In this document: positions 11,849-21,115 of the stretch, piece by piece
How positions within the stretch are numbered: position 1 is the first letter of the stretch
Layout: each line of letters opens with the position of its first letter
From: Cenarchaeum sp.
GTDB taxonomy: Archaea > Thermoproteota > Nitrososphaeria > Nitrososphaerales > Nitrosopumilaceae
Direction of reading: 5' to 3'
Assembly: GCA_963693095.2 (NCBI GenBank)
Contig: OY843768.1
Coordinates: forward strand, 704,001 to 768,000
Length of the DNA stretch: 64,000 nucleotides
The notes under the pieces: generated by a model
Seen by the model: only the letters and a program-made list of their open reading frames with translations
Database searches by the model: none
What the model was told of the DNA's origin: nothing
Translations under genes and position numbers: made by a program

Positions 11849-12241
11849 TCACCGGCGTGGGCGCATCATTCGGTGCGCGCCTAGCGCGGCGACTAGAACG
11901 CCGATTCCGACTAGCGGTCCGGCCTCCATTGCGGCATTGCGGCCCTCCTCCATGGCCATCGAGGGGTCAGCCAGGGCAAGAACCGCTGCGCCACCAACTG
12001 CGACAAGCGCACCGGACACGATGATCATTGCGCCAAGGCCCACAGACGCCTCGCGCCGCGAGATGACATATGCTATGAATGGCAGGACGATCGACGGGCC
12101 GCCAATGCCAATGCCTCGCGTCTTGCCGTCAAGTGGCAAAAACCCCGACTCTGCGCCCTGGGAGACTGCAACGTCGGCCCCATATATCGAGAGCAGTGCG
12201 ATCGAGATGCCAACTAGGACATATGCTATAGCCGAGGCCAT
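11849..12241 (-). CDS. Small multi-pass membrane protein
   Basis: Four hydrophobic segments; TATA-like TTTATAA about 25 bp upstream on the minus strand. Confidence 0.7.
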   Translation of the reverse strand: MASAIAYVLVGISIALLSIYGADVAVSQGAESGFLPLDGKTRGIGIGGPSIVLPFIAYVISRREASVGLGAMIIVSGALVAVGGAAVLALADPSMAMEEGRNAAMEAGPLVGIGVLVAALGAHRMMRPRR

Positions 12242-12536
12242 CGTTGGCGCATGGCCCTGAGCGTGGTTATAAACCTAAACGCGTGCAGGCGCCGCTTGAT
12301 AACCGGTGATCGCGCGATCCAAACCTGTGCGCACCGGCGCCGCGCGCAGGCCCGTCACCCCGGGGAGCCCAGGCGCCGACCTCGTGCGCCGGGCTCTGTG
12401 CCATGCGGAAGGGGGCGCTGTCCATTCGAGTCCTCTGACCACCCGTGGTTCCATGTTTTGGCATTTGCGACCGTGCGCGCAGACCATGGCCAACAAGATG
12501 TTGGCCACCGAATCGTCGCATGCCGGCCCTTTTCGA

Positions 12537-13784
12537 CTAGGTGACCCCGCTGGCCCCTGGAGGTTTGCTGCCTGAACCGTCTCCGGCGCCGATCTTGCCC
12601 TGGGAAGGCGCATCCGGAATGGCAGGCGCGTGAACTTCGAGCGCGCCGCGTGCTGAGTCGAGCGAATCGAGGAGTTCATTGACGTCCTGGCCGTGTTCGC
12701 CGACAATGTTGGCATGGCCAAGCTTGCGACGCGGCCTTGTGGTGGCCTTGTGGTACATCTTTACATGCACACGCGCATCATCTGACTTTGGCTCGGCGTA
12801 TTCGCCCTCTAGGCCGTCAGGCCCGAGGATGTTGTGCATTATTGTGGGCCTCAGTATCTCCACCGGACCAGGATCCATTCCAAGGATCGCCCTCAGGTGC
12901 TGCTCAAACTGTGACACCCTGCATGAGTGGAGCGTGTGGTGGCCAGAGTTGTGCACCCGTGGAGCTATCTCGTTGACGAGTATCTCGCCCCTGCGCGTCA
13001 CAAACATCTCTATTCCAAACACGCCTGCCCCCTCTAGCGCATCAAGTGTCATGCGTGCCACCTCGGCGGCGCGCATCATGACATTGCGGCTTGCGCGCGC
13101 AGGCGCTATTGTCGTGCGCAGTATTCCCCGATCATGAATGTTCTCAACTGGCGGATATGCGGCGACATCACCGCTCGTGTTGCGCGCAATGATCACAGAG
13201 ACCTCCATCTCAAAGTCCACCCTCCTCTCCAGCATCGTTGGCAGTCCGCCAAAGTGCTCTAGTGCTGACGCATAGTTCTTTACGCCGCGCATGTCAAGGT
13301 TTCCCTTGCCGTCATACCCGCCGCGCCTGGCCTTGAGAACCACCCTCCTGCCAAACTTTGCCGTGACGCGCTCGAGGTCATCTAGCCCGTCGACTCGCGC
13401 AAAGTCTGGAACAGGTATGCCGCGCGAGGAGAGGAACTCTTTTTGCGCGAGCTTGTCGTTGATCGTGCGAAGCGTCGCAGGCGAGGGCTCCACGCGCGCA
13501 GTTCCAGAGGCCGCAGCGCGCTCTAGCGCATCGGCGTTGCCGCCCTCAAACTCGTACGTGATCACGTCGCACTTTTCTGCCAGCCTCGCAGTCGCGTCGG
13601 CATCGTCATACGGCGCGACGATCTGCTCGGCTCCGGCAAGCGTTGCAGGGCACCCCGGCGTCGGATCCAGGACGGTGATGCCGGATATGTCGTCCTTCAT
13701 GGACGCGGCGGCCTCGGCGAGCATCATGCCGAGCTGGCCGCCGCCGATGATTCCGACTGACCTCATGCGCTCCCCGTGCGCCAT
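12537..13784 (-). CDS. purK: N5-carboxyaminoimidazole ribonucleotide synthase
   Basis: GIIGGGQLG, DKLAQK, GGYDGKG, NEIAPRVHNSGH, SQFEQHLRA and RKLGH motifs. Start trimmed to 13784 (alternative 13766). Confidence 0.95.
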   Translation of the reverse strand: MAHGERMRSVGIIGGGQLGMMLAEAAASMKDDISGITVLDPTPGCPATLAGAEQIVAPYDDADATARLAEKCDVITYEFEGGNADALERAAASGTARVEPSPATLRTINDKLAQKEFLSSRGIPVPDFARVDGLDDLERVTAKFGRRVVLKARRGGYDGKGNLDMRGVKNYASALEHFGGLPTMLERRVDFEMEVSVIIARNTSGDVAAYPPVENIHDRGILRTTIAPARASRNVMMRAAEVARMTLDALEGAGVFGIEMFVTRRGEILVNEIAPRVHNSGHHTLHSCRVSQFEQHLRAILGMDPGPVEILRPTIMHNILGPDGLEGEYAEPKSDDARVHVKMYHKATTRPRRKLGHANIVGEHGQDVNELLDSLDSARGALEVHAPAIPDAPSQGKIGAGDGSGSKPPGASGVT

Positions 13785-13848
13785 CGAGGGATTAAAAACC
13801 ATGAGCGCGCATAGGGTAATTAACCCCCACAGGCCGTGCCACGCGCGC

Positions 13849-14427
13849 TTGGCGCGCCCCGCAAGGCCCCTTGTGGGCATAATCATGGGTTCATCATCGG
13901 ACAGCGAGACGATGAGTGCGGCAGGTGAGGTTCTTGACAGGTTTGGCGTCGCGCACGAGGACCAGATAGTCTCGGCGCACAGGACACCGGCACGCCTCGC
14001 CGAGTATGCGGACCATGCCGAGGAGATCGGCCTCGGCGCAATCATAGCCGGCGCAGGGGGCGCCGCTCACCTCCCCGGCATGATCGCATCAAACACGCTC
14101 ATTCCGGTCATCGGCGTGCCAATAGCGGCCGGCGCGACGCGCCACGTGCGCGCAGGGACATCGCGCCTCGCGGCCCTGGGCGGCCTTGATGCGCTCCTCT
14201 CGATCTCCGAGATGCCCACCGGCTCGCCTGTTGCGTGCGTTGGCATAAACAAGGCCGCCAACGCCGGCCTTTATGCGCTAAAGATACTCGCCGTCGAGTC
14301 GCCTGCGCTGCGCAAGAGGCTAGCGTCGCACAGGCTAGAGCAGCACAAGTCCGTCGTTAAAGAGTCAGAGAGGATGCGCAAGTCCGGCATTCGCGCGTTC
14401 TCGGCGCGCCTCAAGAAAGCACGCTAA
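13849..14427 (+). CDS. purE: N5-CAIR mutase
   Basis: VGIIMGSSSD, SAHRTP, IAGAGGAAHLPG, GLDALLS..MPTGSPVA motifs; divergent from purK; TTG start inferred. Confidence 0.95.
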   Translation: MARPARPLVGIIMGSSSDSETMSAAGEVLDRFGVAHEDQIVSAHRTPARLAEYADHAEEIGLGAIIAGAGGAAHLPGMIASNTLIPVIGVPIAAGATRHVRAGTSRLAALGGLDALLSISEMPTGSPVACVGINKAANAGLYALKILAVESPALRKRLASHRLEQHKSVVKESERMRKSGIRAFSARLKKAR

Positions 14428-15619
14428 ACTGCAGGTCAAGGGCGCGCAGGCTAGCGAGGAGCTCCTCGGTGTTCTGCGGTCCCTGCGTCTCCAGGCTCAT
14501 CGTGACGCCGGCCGAACCGGCGTTTATGCTCGAGCTCAGCCTGTCGTGGACAACCTCGACAATGTTGACGTTTGCGCTAGTTATCGCATTGACCATGTCC
14601 CTGAACATGCCGGGCCGGTCATGGAGTATGACCGATATCTTTAGGAGCCTTCCCGTTGCGGCAAGGCCCTTGTCGACGATCTGGCCGAGGAGATACATGT
14701 CAATGTTGCCGCCAGCAAGGATTGCGACTGTCTTTTTTCCCGGCGAGGGCTTTTTTGCTAGGATGTGCGCAAGGCCTGCGACGCCGGCCGGCTCGACGAC
14801 AGTCTTTGCGCGCTCCATCAGGTAGAACATTGCGCGAATAAGCGCAGTGTCATCGACGGTGACGACGTCATCGGCAAGGCGCTTTATGATCTCAAGGGTC
14901 ATGGCCCCCGGCCTCCTCACCGATATGCCGTCAGCTATTGTCCTGCCGCCCTCGACTGTGGCCTGCGTGCCCTGCCTCACTGACTCTATCATTGACGGAA
15001 ACGCCGATGACTGGACGCCGATTACGCGAACCGACGGGTGCGTCTCCTTTACGGCGATGAGGACGCCGGCTGCGAGGCCCCCGCCGCCGACTGGCAGGTA
15101 TATCTCATCGACGTCAGGCAGGTCCTCGAGTATCTCTAGGCCAATGACGCCCTGCGCGGCGATCACCTTTTCGTCATCAAAGGCGTGGATGATCGTCGCC
15201 CCGCTGGAGGAGGCCAGCGTGCGCGCGTGCTCCCAGGCCTCGTCATAGCTTGCGCCATGCAGTATGACATCGGCGCCGTATCCGGAAGTTGCCGCAACCT
15301 TTGCCGGCGATGCCGACGTGGGCATGACGATCGTGCACCGTATGCCTTCTGAGCTTGCCGCGTACGCCACGCCCTGCGCGTGGTTTCCGGCCGAGGCGGC
15401 AACCACGCCGGCGCGCCTCTCGTCCTCGCCCATGGACATTATGCGGTGCGACGCCCCGCGTATCTTGAAGGAGCCGGTCTTTTGCCGATACTCCTCCTTT
15501 AGGTAGACGTCTGAGCCCGTCTCCTGGCTAAAGAACGGCGAGCGCGTAAGCGGAGTGTGGCGTATGTCCCGTCCCCGCTCCCTGTTGGCCTCTAGCACGT
15601 CCGCATATGCGACTCCCAT
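14411..15619 (-). CDS. ilvA: Threonine ammonia-lyase with C-terminal ACT domain
   Basis: QKTGSFKIRGA PLP lysine, ASAGNHAQG, PVGGGGL, TIADGI and DRPG (ACT) motifs. Confidence 0.93.
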   Translation of the reverse strand: MGVAYADVLEANRERGRDIRHTPLTRSPFFSQETGSDVYLKEEYRQKTGSFKIRGASHRIMSMGEDERRAGVVAASAGNHAQGVAYAASSEGIRCTIVMPTSASPAKVAATSGYGADVILHGASYDEAWEHARTLASSSGATIIHAFDDEKVIAAQGVIGLEILEDLPDVDEIYLPVGGGGLAAGVLIAVKETHPSVRVIGVQSSAFPSMIESVRQGTQATVEGGRTIADGISVRRPGAMTLEIIKRLADDVVTVDDTALIRAMFYLMERAKTVVEPAGVAGLAHILAKKPSPGKKTVAILAGGNIDMYLLGQIVDKGLAATGRLLKISVILHDRPGMFRDMVNAITSANVNIVEVVHDRLSSSINAGSAGVTMSLETQGPQNTEELLASLRALDLQFSVLS

Positions 15620-15742
15620 GATGGCCGCATGGCGCAGGGTAGCGTATATTTGAATTTCCATACTTGCCTACCCATGTCAGGCACGCGCGGGGCAGAAATG
15701 TCCACGGTGATGCGGCATTGCGTGCGCCGCCAGGCCCGCACG

Positions 15743-16570
15743 TCAGTGCGCCGCATCGAGTGCGCCACGCAGTTGCCGCACCCTGCGCACGAGTGCCTTG
15801 CGTTCTGCGTCAGGAACGCTTTCGGGGTCCAGCCCGCCGCCGGTGCGCTCCAGGTCCAGCGAAAAGACATATCCCTCCTCCCCGCCTACAAGGCGCGCCT
15901 CGTCAATGAGGACCTGTGATGTGCTATACGCCTCAAGAAGGTAAGAGTCGAGCTCGGCAAAGAGCTCGGCCTTTGTCTCCTCGAGTGACTTTGCTGCAGG
16001 TCCGGCACTCGAGTCGATCTCTCCGGCAATGCTCTCGCGGAGCGCTTCATCATTATAGAGCGCCTCAAAGATTTCTTGCTCGCTCTTTGGCGCCGCACCG
16101 TCATGCTCTAGCCGCCGGCGGACTATGGTGTCAGCCGCACTTGCGCGATCCTCGCCGGCGCCGGCCCGCTCGATGGCCTCACTCAGCCTCTTTTGGCAGT
16201 CCATGACGCGCTGGTCAGGGACATAGTAGAGGAGAACGTGGTACTGGAGCGAGAGGTGGCCCGAGAGCACATAGTCGCCCTCGCTGACCGTAAACTTGGT
16301 GAACAGCCGCCTCTTGTCGTCGTTGCTCGTCGTGCTCACGTCGCGCGAGTCCCAGCCCTCAAGTGCCACGACTGTGCGCTCGAGTGCCGTCTGCGCGCGC
16401 TGTGGGTCAAAGGTCTCCTCGTCGCGCACCGTGCCGTCCCCGAGCATGACGTGCGCGCTCGTAGTCTCGGTGCACGCGCCCATCAGGCGCCCGTACGCGT
16501 CACGTGCGGCGCCGGCCTCGGCGGCAAGCTCGGCCATGAACGCATCCTCGGTGCCGGTTCCAAGCCTCAT
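15743..16570 (-). CDS. Hypothetical protein
   Basis: Long acidic ORF with host codon usage; start placed at the ATG at 16570 (uncertain). Confidence 0.7.
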   Translation of the reverse strand: MRLGTGTEDAFMAELAAEAGAARDAYGRLMGACTETTSAHVMLGDGTVRDEETFDPQRAQTALERTVVALEGWDSRDVSTTSNDDKRRLFTKFTVSEGDYVLSGHLSLQYHVLLYYVPDQRVMDCQKRLSEAIERAGAGEDRASAADTIVRRRLEHDGAAPKSEQEIFEALYNDEALRESIAGEIDSSAGPAAKSLEETKAELFAELDSYLLEAYSTSQVLIDEARLVGGEEGYVFSLDLERTGGGLDPESVPDAERKALVRRVRQLRGALDAAH

Positions 16571-16665
16571 GCCCCAACGGCCTCGCACGCCTTGCCATAA
16601 AGCCTTGCGCGCCATGCCGCAACGGCCCCAATCCACATAAAAGCAAGACCCGTTCTAGCCCTGAC

Positions 16666-17454
16666 GTGTCAGGCGCAAGAGACCCGGATCGCAGCATGGA
16701 CGACGAGAGCGTCCTGCGCAGGATGCTCGGGCGCGGCGAGGCCAAGACAGTCGATGCCGAGACGCTCATCTTGGAGGTCCAAAAGCACGTCGCCGGGGCC
16801 CTAGAGAGCGGGTACGAGTACAACACGACGCTCGAAAAGTCAGACGCCTTTTTGCGCGGGAGGGTCCTCTCGAGAATGGACATTGTGGTGATGTACGTCG
16901 ACCTTGTGGGCTCGACAGAGATCGCCCTCAGGCTTCCAGTTGACAGGGTTGCCACGATAATCAGCGCATTTGCGCAAGAGATGGCCCGTGTCGTCACGAG
17001 GCACGGGGGCCTGGTCCTAAAGTTCGTCGGCGATGCGGTCCTCGCGTACTTTGTGGCCGACGAGAACTCCCTCCAGGCCGCCGACAGCGCCGTGCGGTGC
17101 GCAATGTCCATGATCGACGTCATAGACAGGGGAATAAACCCGATACTCGGAAAGGCCGGCCATCCCGAGCTAAAGATAAAGATTGGGCTGGACTTTGGCA
17201 CCGGCATAATCGTCAGGTATGGCGCAGACGAGCAAAAGTCATACGTGGACATTCTCGGGCCGCCGATGAACATTGCCGCAAAGATTCAGTCGCACGCAAG
17301 GCCAAACCAGATACTCATTGGCCATGACGTGTACTCGCGCCTGCATCCCACGGCACAAGAGGAGTTTGCCGAGGTCGTGTGGACAAGGGGAGAGTGGAAG
17401 TACAAGTCACGCGACACTGGCGAGCTCTACAGGGTGTTCGAGCACAAAGCCTAG
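16666..17454 (+). CDS. Class III adenylate/guanylate cyclase domain protein
   Basis: VMYVDLVGST, LKFVGDAVLAYF, IKIGLDFG, DILGPPMNIAAKIQ motifs. Confidence 0.92.
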   Translation: MSGARDPDRSMDDESVLRRMLGRGEAKTVDAETLILEVQKHVAGALESGYEYNTTLEKSDAFLRGRVLSRMDIVVMYVDLVGSTEIALRLPVDRVATIISAFAQEMARVVTRHGGLVLKFVGDAVLAYFVADENSLQAADSAVRCAMSMIDVIDRGINPILGKAGHPELKIKIGLDFGTGIIVRYGADEQKSYVDILGPPMNIAAKIQSHARPNQILIGHDVYSRLHPTAQEEFAEVVWTRGEWKYKSRDTGELYRVFEHKA

Positions 17455-17600
17455 GCGGTCCATCGCCCAGGGCACTCCACATGCTCATAGTGGTGCTCGG
17501 TGAGGCGCTCGTTGATGACATACATGACGATCTTGTGGAGGTCAGTCTCCCCAATCTCGCCGCTGCACCTGTCGCACCTCTTTGCGCCGTGTCCTGTCAT
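17451..17600 (-). CDS. Small putative Zn-binding protein (49 aa), absent from the ORF track
   Basis: Manual translation MTGHGAKRCDRCSGEIGETDLHKIVMYVINERLTEHHYEHVECPGRWTA has CxxC...HxxC; TTATAC box about 30 bp upstream. Confidence 0.7.
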   Translation of the reverse strand: MTGHGAKRCDRCSGEIGETDLHKIVMYVINERLTEHHYEHVECPGRWTA

Positions 17601-18082
17601 CGTGGAGCACGCCATGCAGGCCCCTTTTGTATAAGGATCGGAGATTAGCAGATGTTGAGCAACGGTGACCCGGCGTCAATTTTACGCACAAATCCGTGTC
17701 ACCGCAGGCCCGTGCGCGGCGGTTACACATTGGACGTGAGTCGCCCCACCCAGAGCTGCCCCCTGAGCAGTGGCTGACACGTTGCGGCTCCACGGCAGAC
17801 ATGGCCTGCCAGGGGCCATGTGCAGGGCATTGCGCGATACGCGCAGCCGCGTGCGCTCCCCGGATAACAGCACCATGGGCATCAGAGCATTGCGTCCGTG
17901 ATCTCGCACAGTGGAGGCGAGCATGGCGCATCGCTCCCTGATGCGCACATGCCGGCGAGCTTGCGATCTTGTCGCGCCCAGTCAGCTTTTCTTTGAAACA
18001 GGCGAGCCGCACGTGACTGGCACGGGCGCATGGCCGACTAGCGACAAGACAGTAATATACAGGCATCCTGGCGTGTCCTGCC

Positions 18083-18457
18083 ATGGACACGGCAACTCCA
18101 CCGTTCACGCGAGGCCCACAGGGAGCCCCGTCATGGGATCCCGAACGCTTCTCAAGGCTGCCTCCCGGAGTGTCACTTCCGTCCATACGGCCGGCCAACA
18201 TGGCAGCCGGCACGCCGACTAGCCGCATCGGGGCAACAATTGGCGACTATCGCGATGCGCACAGAATGTACACGATGGGCCTGCTCTCAATGCCCGCAGC
18301 GCCCCCCGTGCCGCCCGGTCATCCGCTCTATGCGCAGAATGCAACACTCGGCGTGCTTCGTGACGAGAACGAGCGCCTAAAGGCCGAGAACTCCAAGCTT
18401 CGCGGCGAGCTAGAGCACAATGCGCGCGAGTCAGGCGGCCAGCCTAGGCCGGCGTGA
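18083..18457 (+). CDS. Hypothetical protein with C-terminal coiled coil
   Basis: Pro-rich PPGHPLY followed by the heptads LRDENERLKAENSKLRGEL; TAATATA upstream. Confidence 0.65.
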   Translation: MDTATPPFTRGPQGAPSWDPERFSRLPPGVSLPSIRPANMAAGTPTSRIGATIGDYRDAHRMYTMGLLSMPAAPPVPPGHPLYAQNATLGVLRDENERLKAENSKLRGELEHNARESGGQPRPA

Positions 18458-18860
18458 ATCCCTGATATCCGCCGCCGCTCTGCTGTGTAGAGTCCTTGAA
18501 TGACGGCTCAAAGAGCGAGATCATATAGCTGTCGGGATCCAGTATTATCGCGTTCTTGCCGGCCTCGTGCTCTACTATGTCACGATAGACCTTGACGCCC
18601 TTGGGCGCAAGCTCCTCTAGTGCCGACTTTACGTCACCGACGACAAACCCAATGATGATTCCGTTCTCTATGGAGCTGCCCATGTGCTCGGCAGTCAGCG
18701 ATGCGGGGTGTATGCTAAGGAGCGCGCCCGTGGTGCCAAGGTCCACCCATGTCCTCCTCTGGCTCTTTATCGGCAAGCCGATGACATTGTGGTAAAACTC
18801 GACTGAGCGGTCAAGGTCCTTGACGGCGAGTATGACGTTGCCGAGCCTCTTGACGTTCAC
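18444..18860 (-). CDS. VOC/glyoxalase family protein
   Basis: VILAVKDLDRSVEFYHNVIGL and ILDPDSY motifs. Confidence 0.9.
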   Translation of the reverse strand: MNVKRLGNVILAVKDLDRSVEFYHNVIGLPIKSQRRTWVDLGTTGALLSIHPASLTAEHMGSSIENGIIIGFVVGDVKSALEELAPKGVKVYRDIVEHEAGKNAIILDPDSYMISLFEPSFKDSTQQSGGGYQGFTPA

Positions 18861-18896
18861 GATCCGCGCACCATGCCTCCCTTGTTAAAACCCTTG

Positions 18897-19109
18897 CTAT
18901 TGGACCTCCATCATGGTCTCGGTCCGCTCCACTCCGCTTATCCTTTGAACCCTGTCCACGACATCCTTGACCTCGGACATGTCGGCCACCTCGACTGTGA
19001 GAACCGCATCAAACTGGCCGCTCACCGGAAACGAGTCAAAGCTGATCTTTCGCAGCTTTGCGGCGATGAGCTTTTTTGGCGACTTTACCAGAATTACGGC
19101 CTTTACCAA
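18897..19109 (-). CDS. Lrp/AsnC ligand-binding-domain protein
   Basis: KAVILV...VSGQFDAVLTVE...ISGVERTETM pattern; TTG start at 19109. Confidence 0.8.
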   Translation of the reverse strand: MVKAVILVKSPKKLIAAKLRKISFDSFPVSGQFDAVLTVEVADMSEVKDVVDRVQRISGVERTETMMEVQ

Positions 19110-19342
19110 CCGAGGTTCACCTCCACCTCGATCATCGTCTCTGTCGAGACGATATCCTTGAGACGCTTGAACTCGATCACCGCAGAGTTGATCTCGTCGA
19201 TATTTCCCTGGAGGAACACGCACAGGTCTGCGCGCCCCGTCACGGGTATGATCTCCTTTGTGGCCTTGCGCCGCGCGCGCAGCCTCTTTGCAAGCGACTC
19301 TGTAGTGCCGGGCCTTGTCGTGATGAGACAGAGTGCCCTCAA
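19103..19342 (-). CDS. Lrp/AsnC ligand-binding-domain protein
   Basis: RALCLI..PG...VTGRADLCV...IVSTETMI pattern; overlaps the next gene. Confidence 0.78.
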   Translation of the reverse strand: MRALCLITTRPGTTESLAKRLRARRKATKEIIPVTGRADLCVFLQGNIDEINSAVIEFKRLKDIVSTETMIEVEVNLGW

Positions 19343-19354
19343 GGCACAGACCCC

Positions 19355-19717
19355 CTAATCTGTGACATCCTGCGAACGTGCCTCCTCTAGGTATGCGCGC
19401 CTCTCGGCATCCTCCTTTTGCGGATCAAAGCGCAAGTTGTCATCCACAATCACAAAGTCAGAGCGCGGCTGCGCCTTTGGCTTGCGCACAACGCGCCTCT
19501 TTGGCGCGGCCCTCTTTTTGGTTGACGGCGCGCGCGTCCTCTTGGCCGGTGCCCTTGCCCTGGCCTTTGGCGCAGCGGGCGTCTTTTTGGCTGCGCCCTT
19601 TGGCGCTGGCGCCTTGCGCCGCGCCGGTGCCTTTGCCGGAGCTGCATCTCCACGAACCATCTTTCTGGCCGGCGGCTTTGATCGCCTTGGCCTCACACTT
19701 GCCCCCAACTGTGTCAT
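19355..19717 (-). CDS. Lys/Arg/Ala/Pro-rich basic protein with acidic C-terminal tip
   Basis: AKAPARRKAPAPKGAAKKTPAAPK low-complexity tract, then DFVIVDD...RRAYLEEARSQD. Confidence 0.7.
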   Translation of the reverse strand: MTQLGASVRPRRSKPPARKMVRGDAAPAKAPARRKAPAPKGAAKKTPAAPKARARAPAKRTRAPSTKKRAAPKRRVVRKPKAQPRSDFVIVDDNLRFDPQKEDAERRAYLEEARSQDVTD

Positions 19718-19835
19718 TTGGCCGTCGGGTACAAAGTTTTAAGGATTTTGTCGTATGTGGCCTCTGTGAACTCCATCATATTTAAACTGGGCGCAACATT
19801 GGGTTTTATACAAGTGCGCCAAACGAGCCCGCAGA

Positions 19836-20318
19836 ATGGCAGATCGCCAGAGATACTGGAAGCTCGAGGCCTCCGAGGTCGAGGCGTTCACGTACAACGA
19901 GTCAAAGGTCCTCAACTGGGACATAAAGTGCATCATCGGCGACGAGGCCGAGGCCTCCCTCGTCGGGGTCTTTGCGTACCGGCACGGCACGCCCCTCGGG
20001 TATGACAAGATTCAGGGAGTCGCATACTATCACAACCACGCCGACGAAAAGACGCGCAAGTCCGTGACTGAGATGCTAAAGTCCATGTTTGGCGGGAGTC
20101 CCGAGGAGCACTCTGACCGCGTGCTCTTGCGCGATTCAGACGTGCCATACTCTGGGGCCGCCATTGGCGCGCTGGCGCGCGAGCTCGCAGCGTCACTTGA
20201 TGCGGCCGTCACGGTGACACTCGAGTTCGAGGGGCTCACGCAGGAGGAGCAGGATGCGGCAGGACTGCCACCCACAAAGCTCCTCCCCATTGTAAAGACC
20301 ACGTCTAGCGGTGCGTAG
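19836..20318 (+). CDS. Hypothetical protein
   Basis: 160-aa ORF with TTTTATA box upstream; directly precedes tatC. Confidence 0.75.
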   Translation: MADRQRYWKLEASEVEAFTYNESKVLNWDIKCIIGDEAEASLVGVFAYRHGTPLGYDKIQGVAYYHNHADEKTRKSVTEMLKSMFGGSPEEHSDRVLLRDSDVPYSGAAIGALARELAASLDAAVTVTLEFEGLTQEEQDAAGLPPTKLLPIVKTTSSGA

Positions 20319-20323
20319 CGCAA

Positions 20324-21115
20324 ATGTCTGGCTCGGCGCAGATCAGGGCACACCTTGACGAGCTGCGCTCGCGCGTTCTGCGCATTGCCATAATAGTCGG
20401 CGCGATCACAATGTTTGTCATGGCGTTTCATGCCGAGCCTGCCGAACTCTGGGGACTGACCGTGTACTATCCGCTCCCTGATCCGCTTGACAACATTGCG
20501 GCCCAGATCACGGCGCATATGCGCCAGGATCTCGTGCCAGAGGACGTGCAGCTGATCCAGACGTCACCTGGCCAGGCATTCTTTGCGCAGGTGTATGTTG
20601 CCGCACTCGCCGCGCTCATAGTCGCAATGCCGGCTGTCGCGCGCGAATGTGTCGCGTTCTTGCGCCCCGCCCTCAGGGATCGCGAGATTCGCGTGGGCCG
20701 AACCATACTCTTTCCGGCCATTGCGCTCTTTGCCAGCGGGTGCGCAATGTCATATGTGCTTGTCATACCGTACATACTCGAATTCCTGTATCGTTATGGC
20801 GAGTCTGCCGGGCTAGTCACGTTCCTCAACGTGATCGACTTTGTGGTGTTTGTTCTCCAGTTCCTTCTTGCGTTTGGGTTTTCATTCCAGCTCCCGCTTG
20901 TCATGTATGCGATCAGCGCGTCTGGCGCCGTTAACTCGGGCTATTGGCTGCGCAACGCCCGATACGCCATAATCGCCATAGTCATATTTGGCGCGGCGAT
21001 AACTCCAGACGGCAGTGGCGTGACGATGTGGTTTATCGCAGCGCCCATGACCGCGCTCTACTTTGCCGGCGTTTGGGCGATCAGGCGCTCAGAGTCTCGC
21101 GCGAGGCGGGCCTAG
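20324..21115 (+). CDS. tatC: Twin-arginine translocase subunit TatC
   Basis: HLDELRSR, FLRPAL, FGFSFQLP, AAITPDG motifs; six TM segments. Confidence 0.95.
   Translation: MSGSAQIRAHLDELRSRVLRIAIIVGAITMFVMAFHAEPAELWGLTVYYPLPDPLDNIAAQITAHMRQDLVPEDVQLIQTSPGQAFFAQVYVAALAALIVAMPAVARECVAFLRPALRDREIRVGRTILFPAIALFASGCAMSYVLVIPYILEFLYRYGESAGLVTFLNVIDFVVFVLQFLLAFGFSFQLPLVMYAISASGAVNSGYWLRNARYAIIAIVIFGAAITPDGSGVTMWFIAAPMTALYFAGVWAIRRSESRARRA

Noticed and set aside
12400-12450. tRNA-like TTCGAGTCC
   Set aside because: No acceptor, D or anticodon stems could be built around it.
17640-18080. ncRNA or gene in a 440-bp intergenic gap
   Set aside because: No recognisable RNA motif, and the ORFs there lack coherent coding signal; left unassigned.
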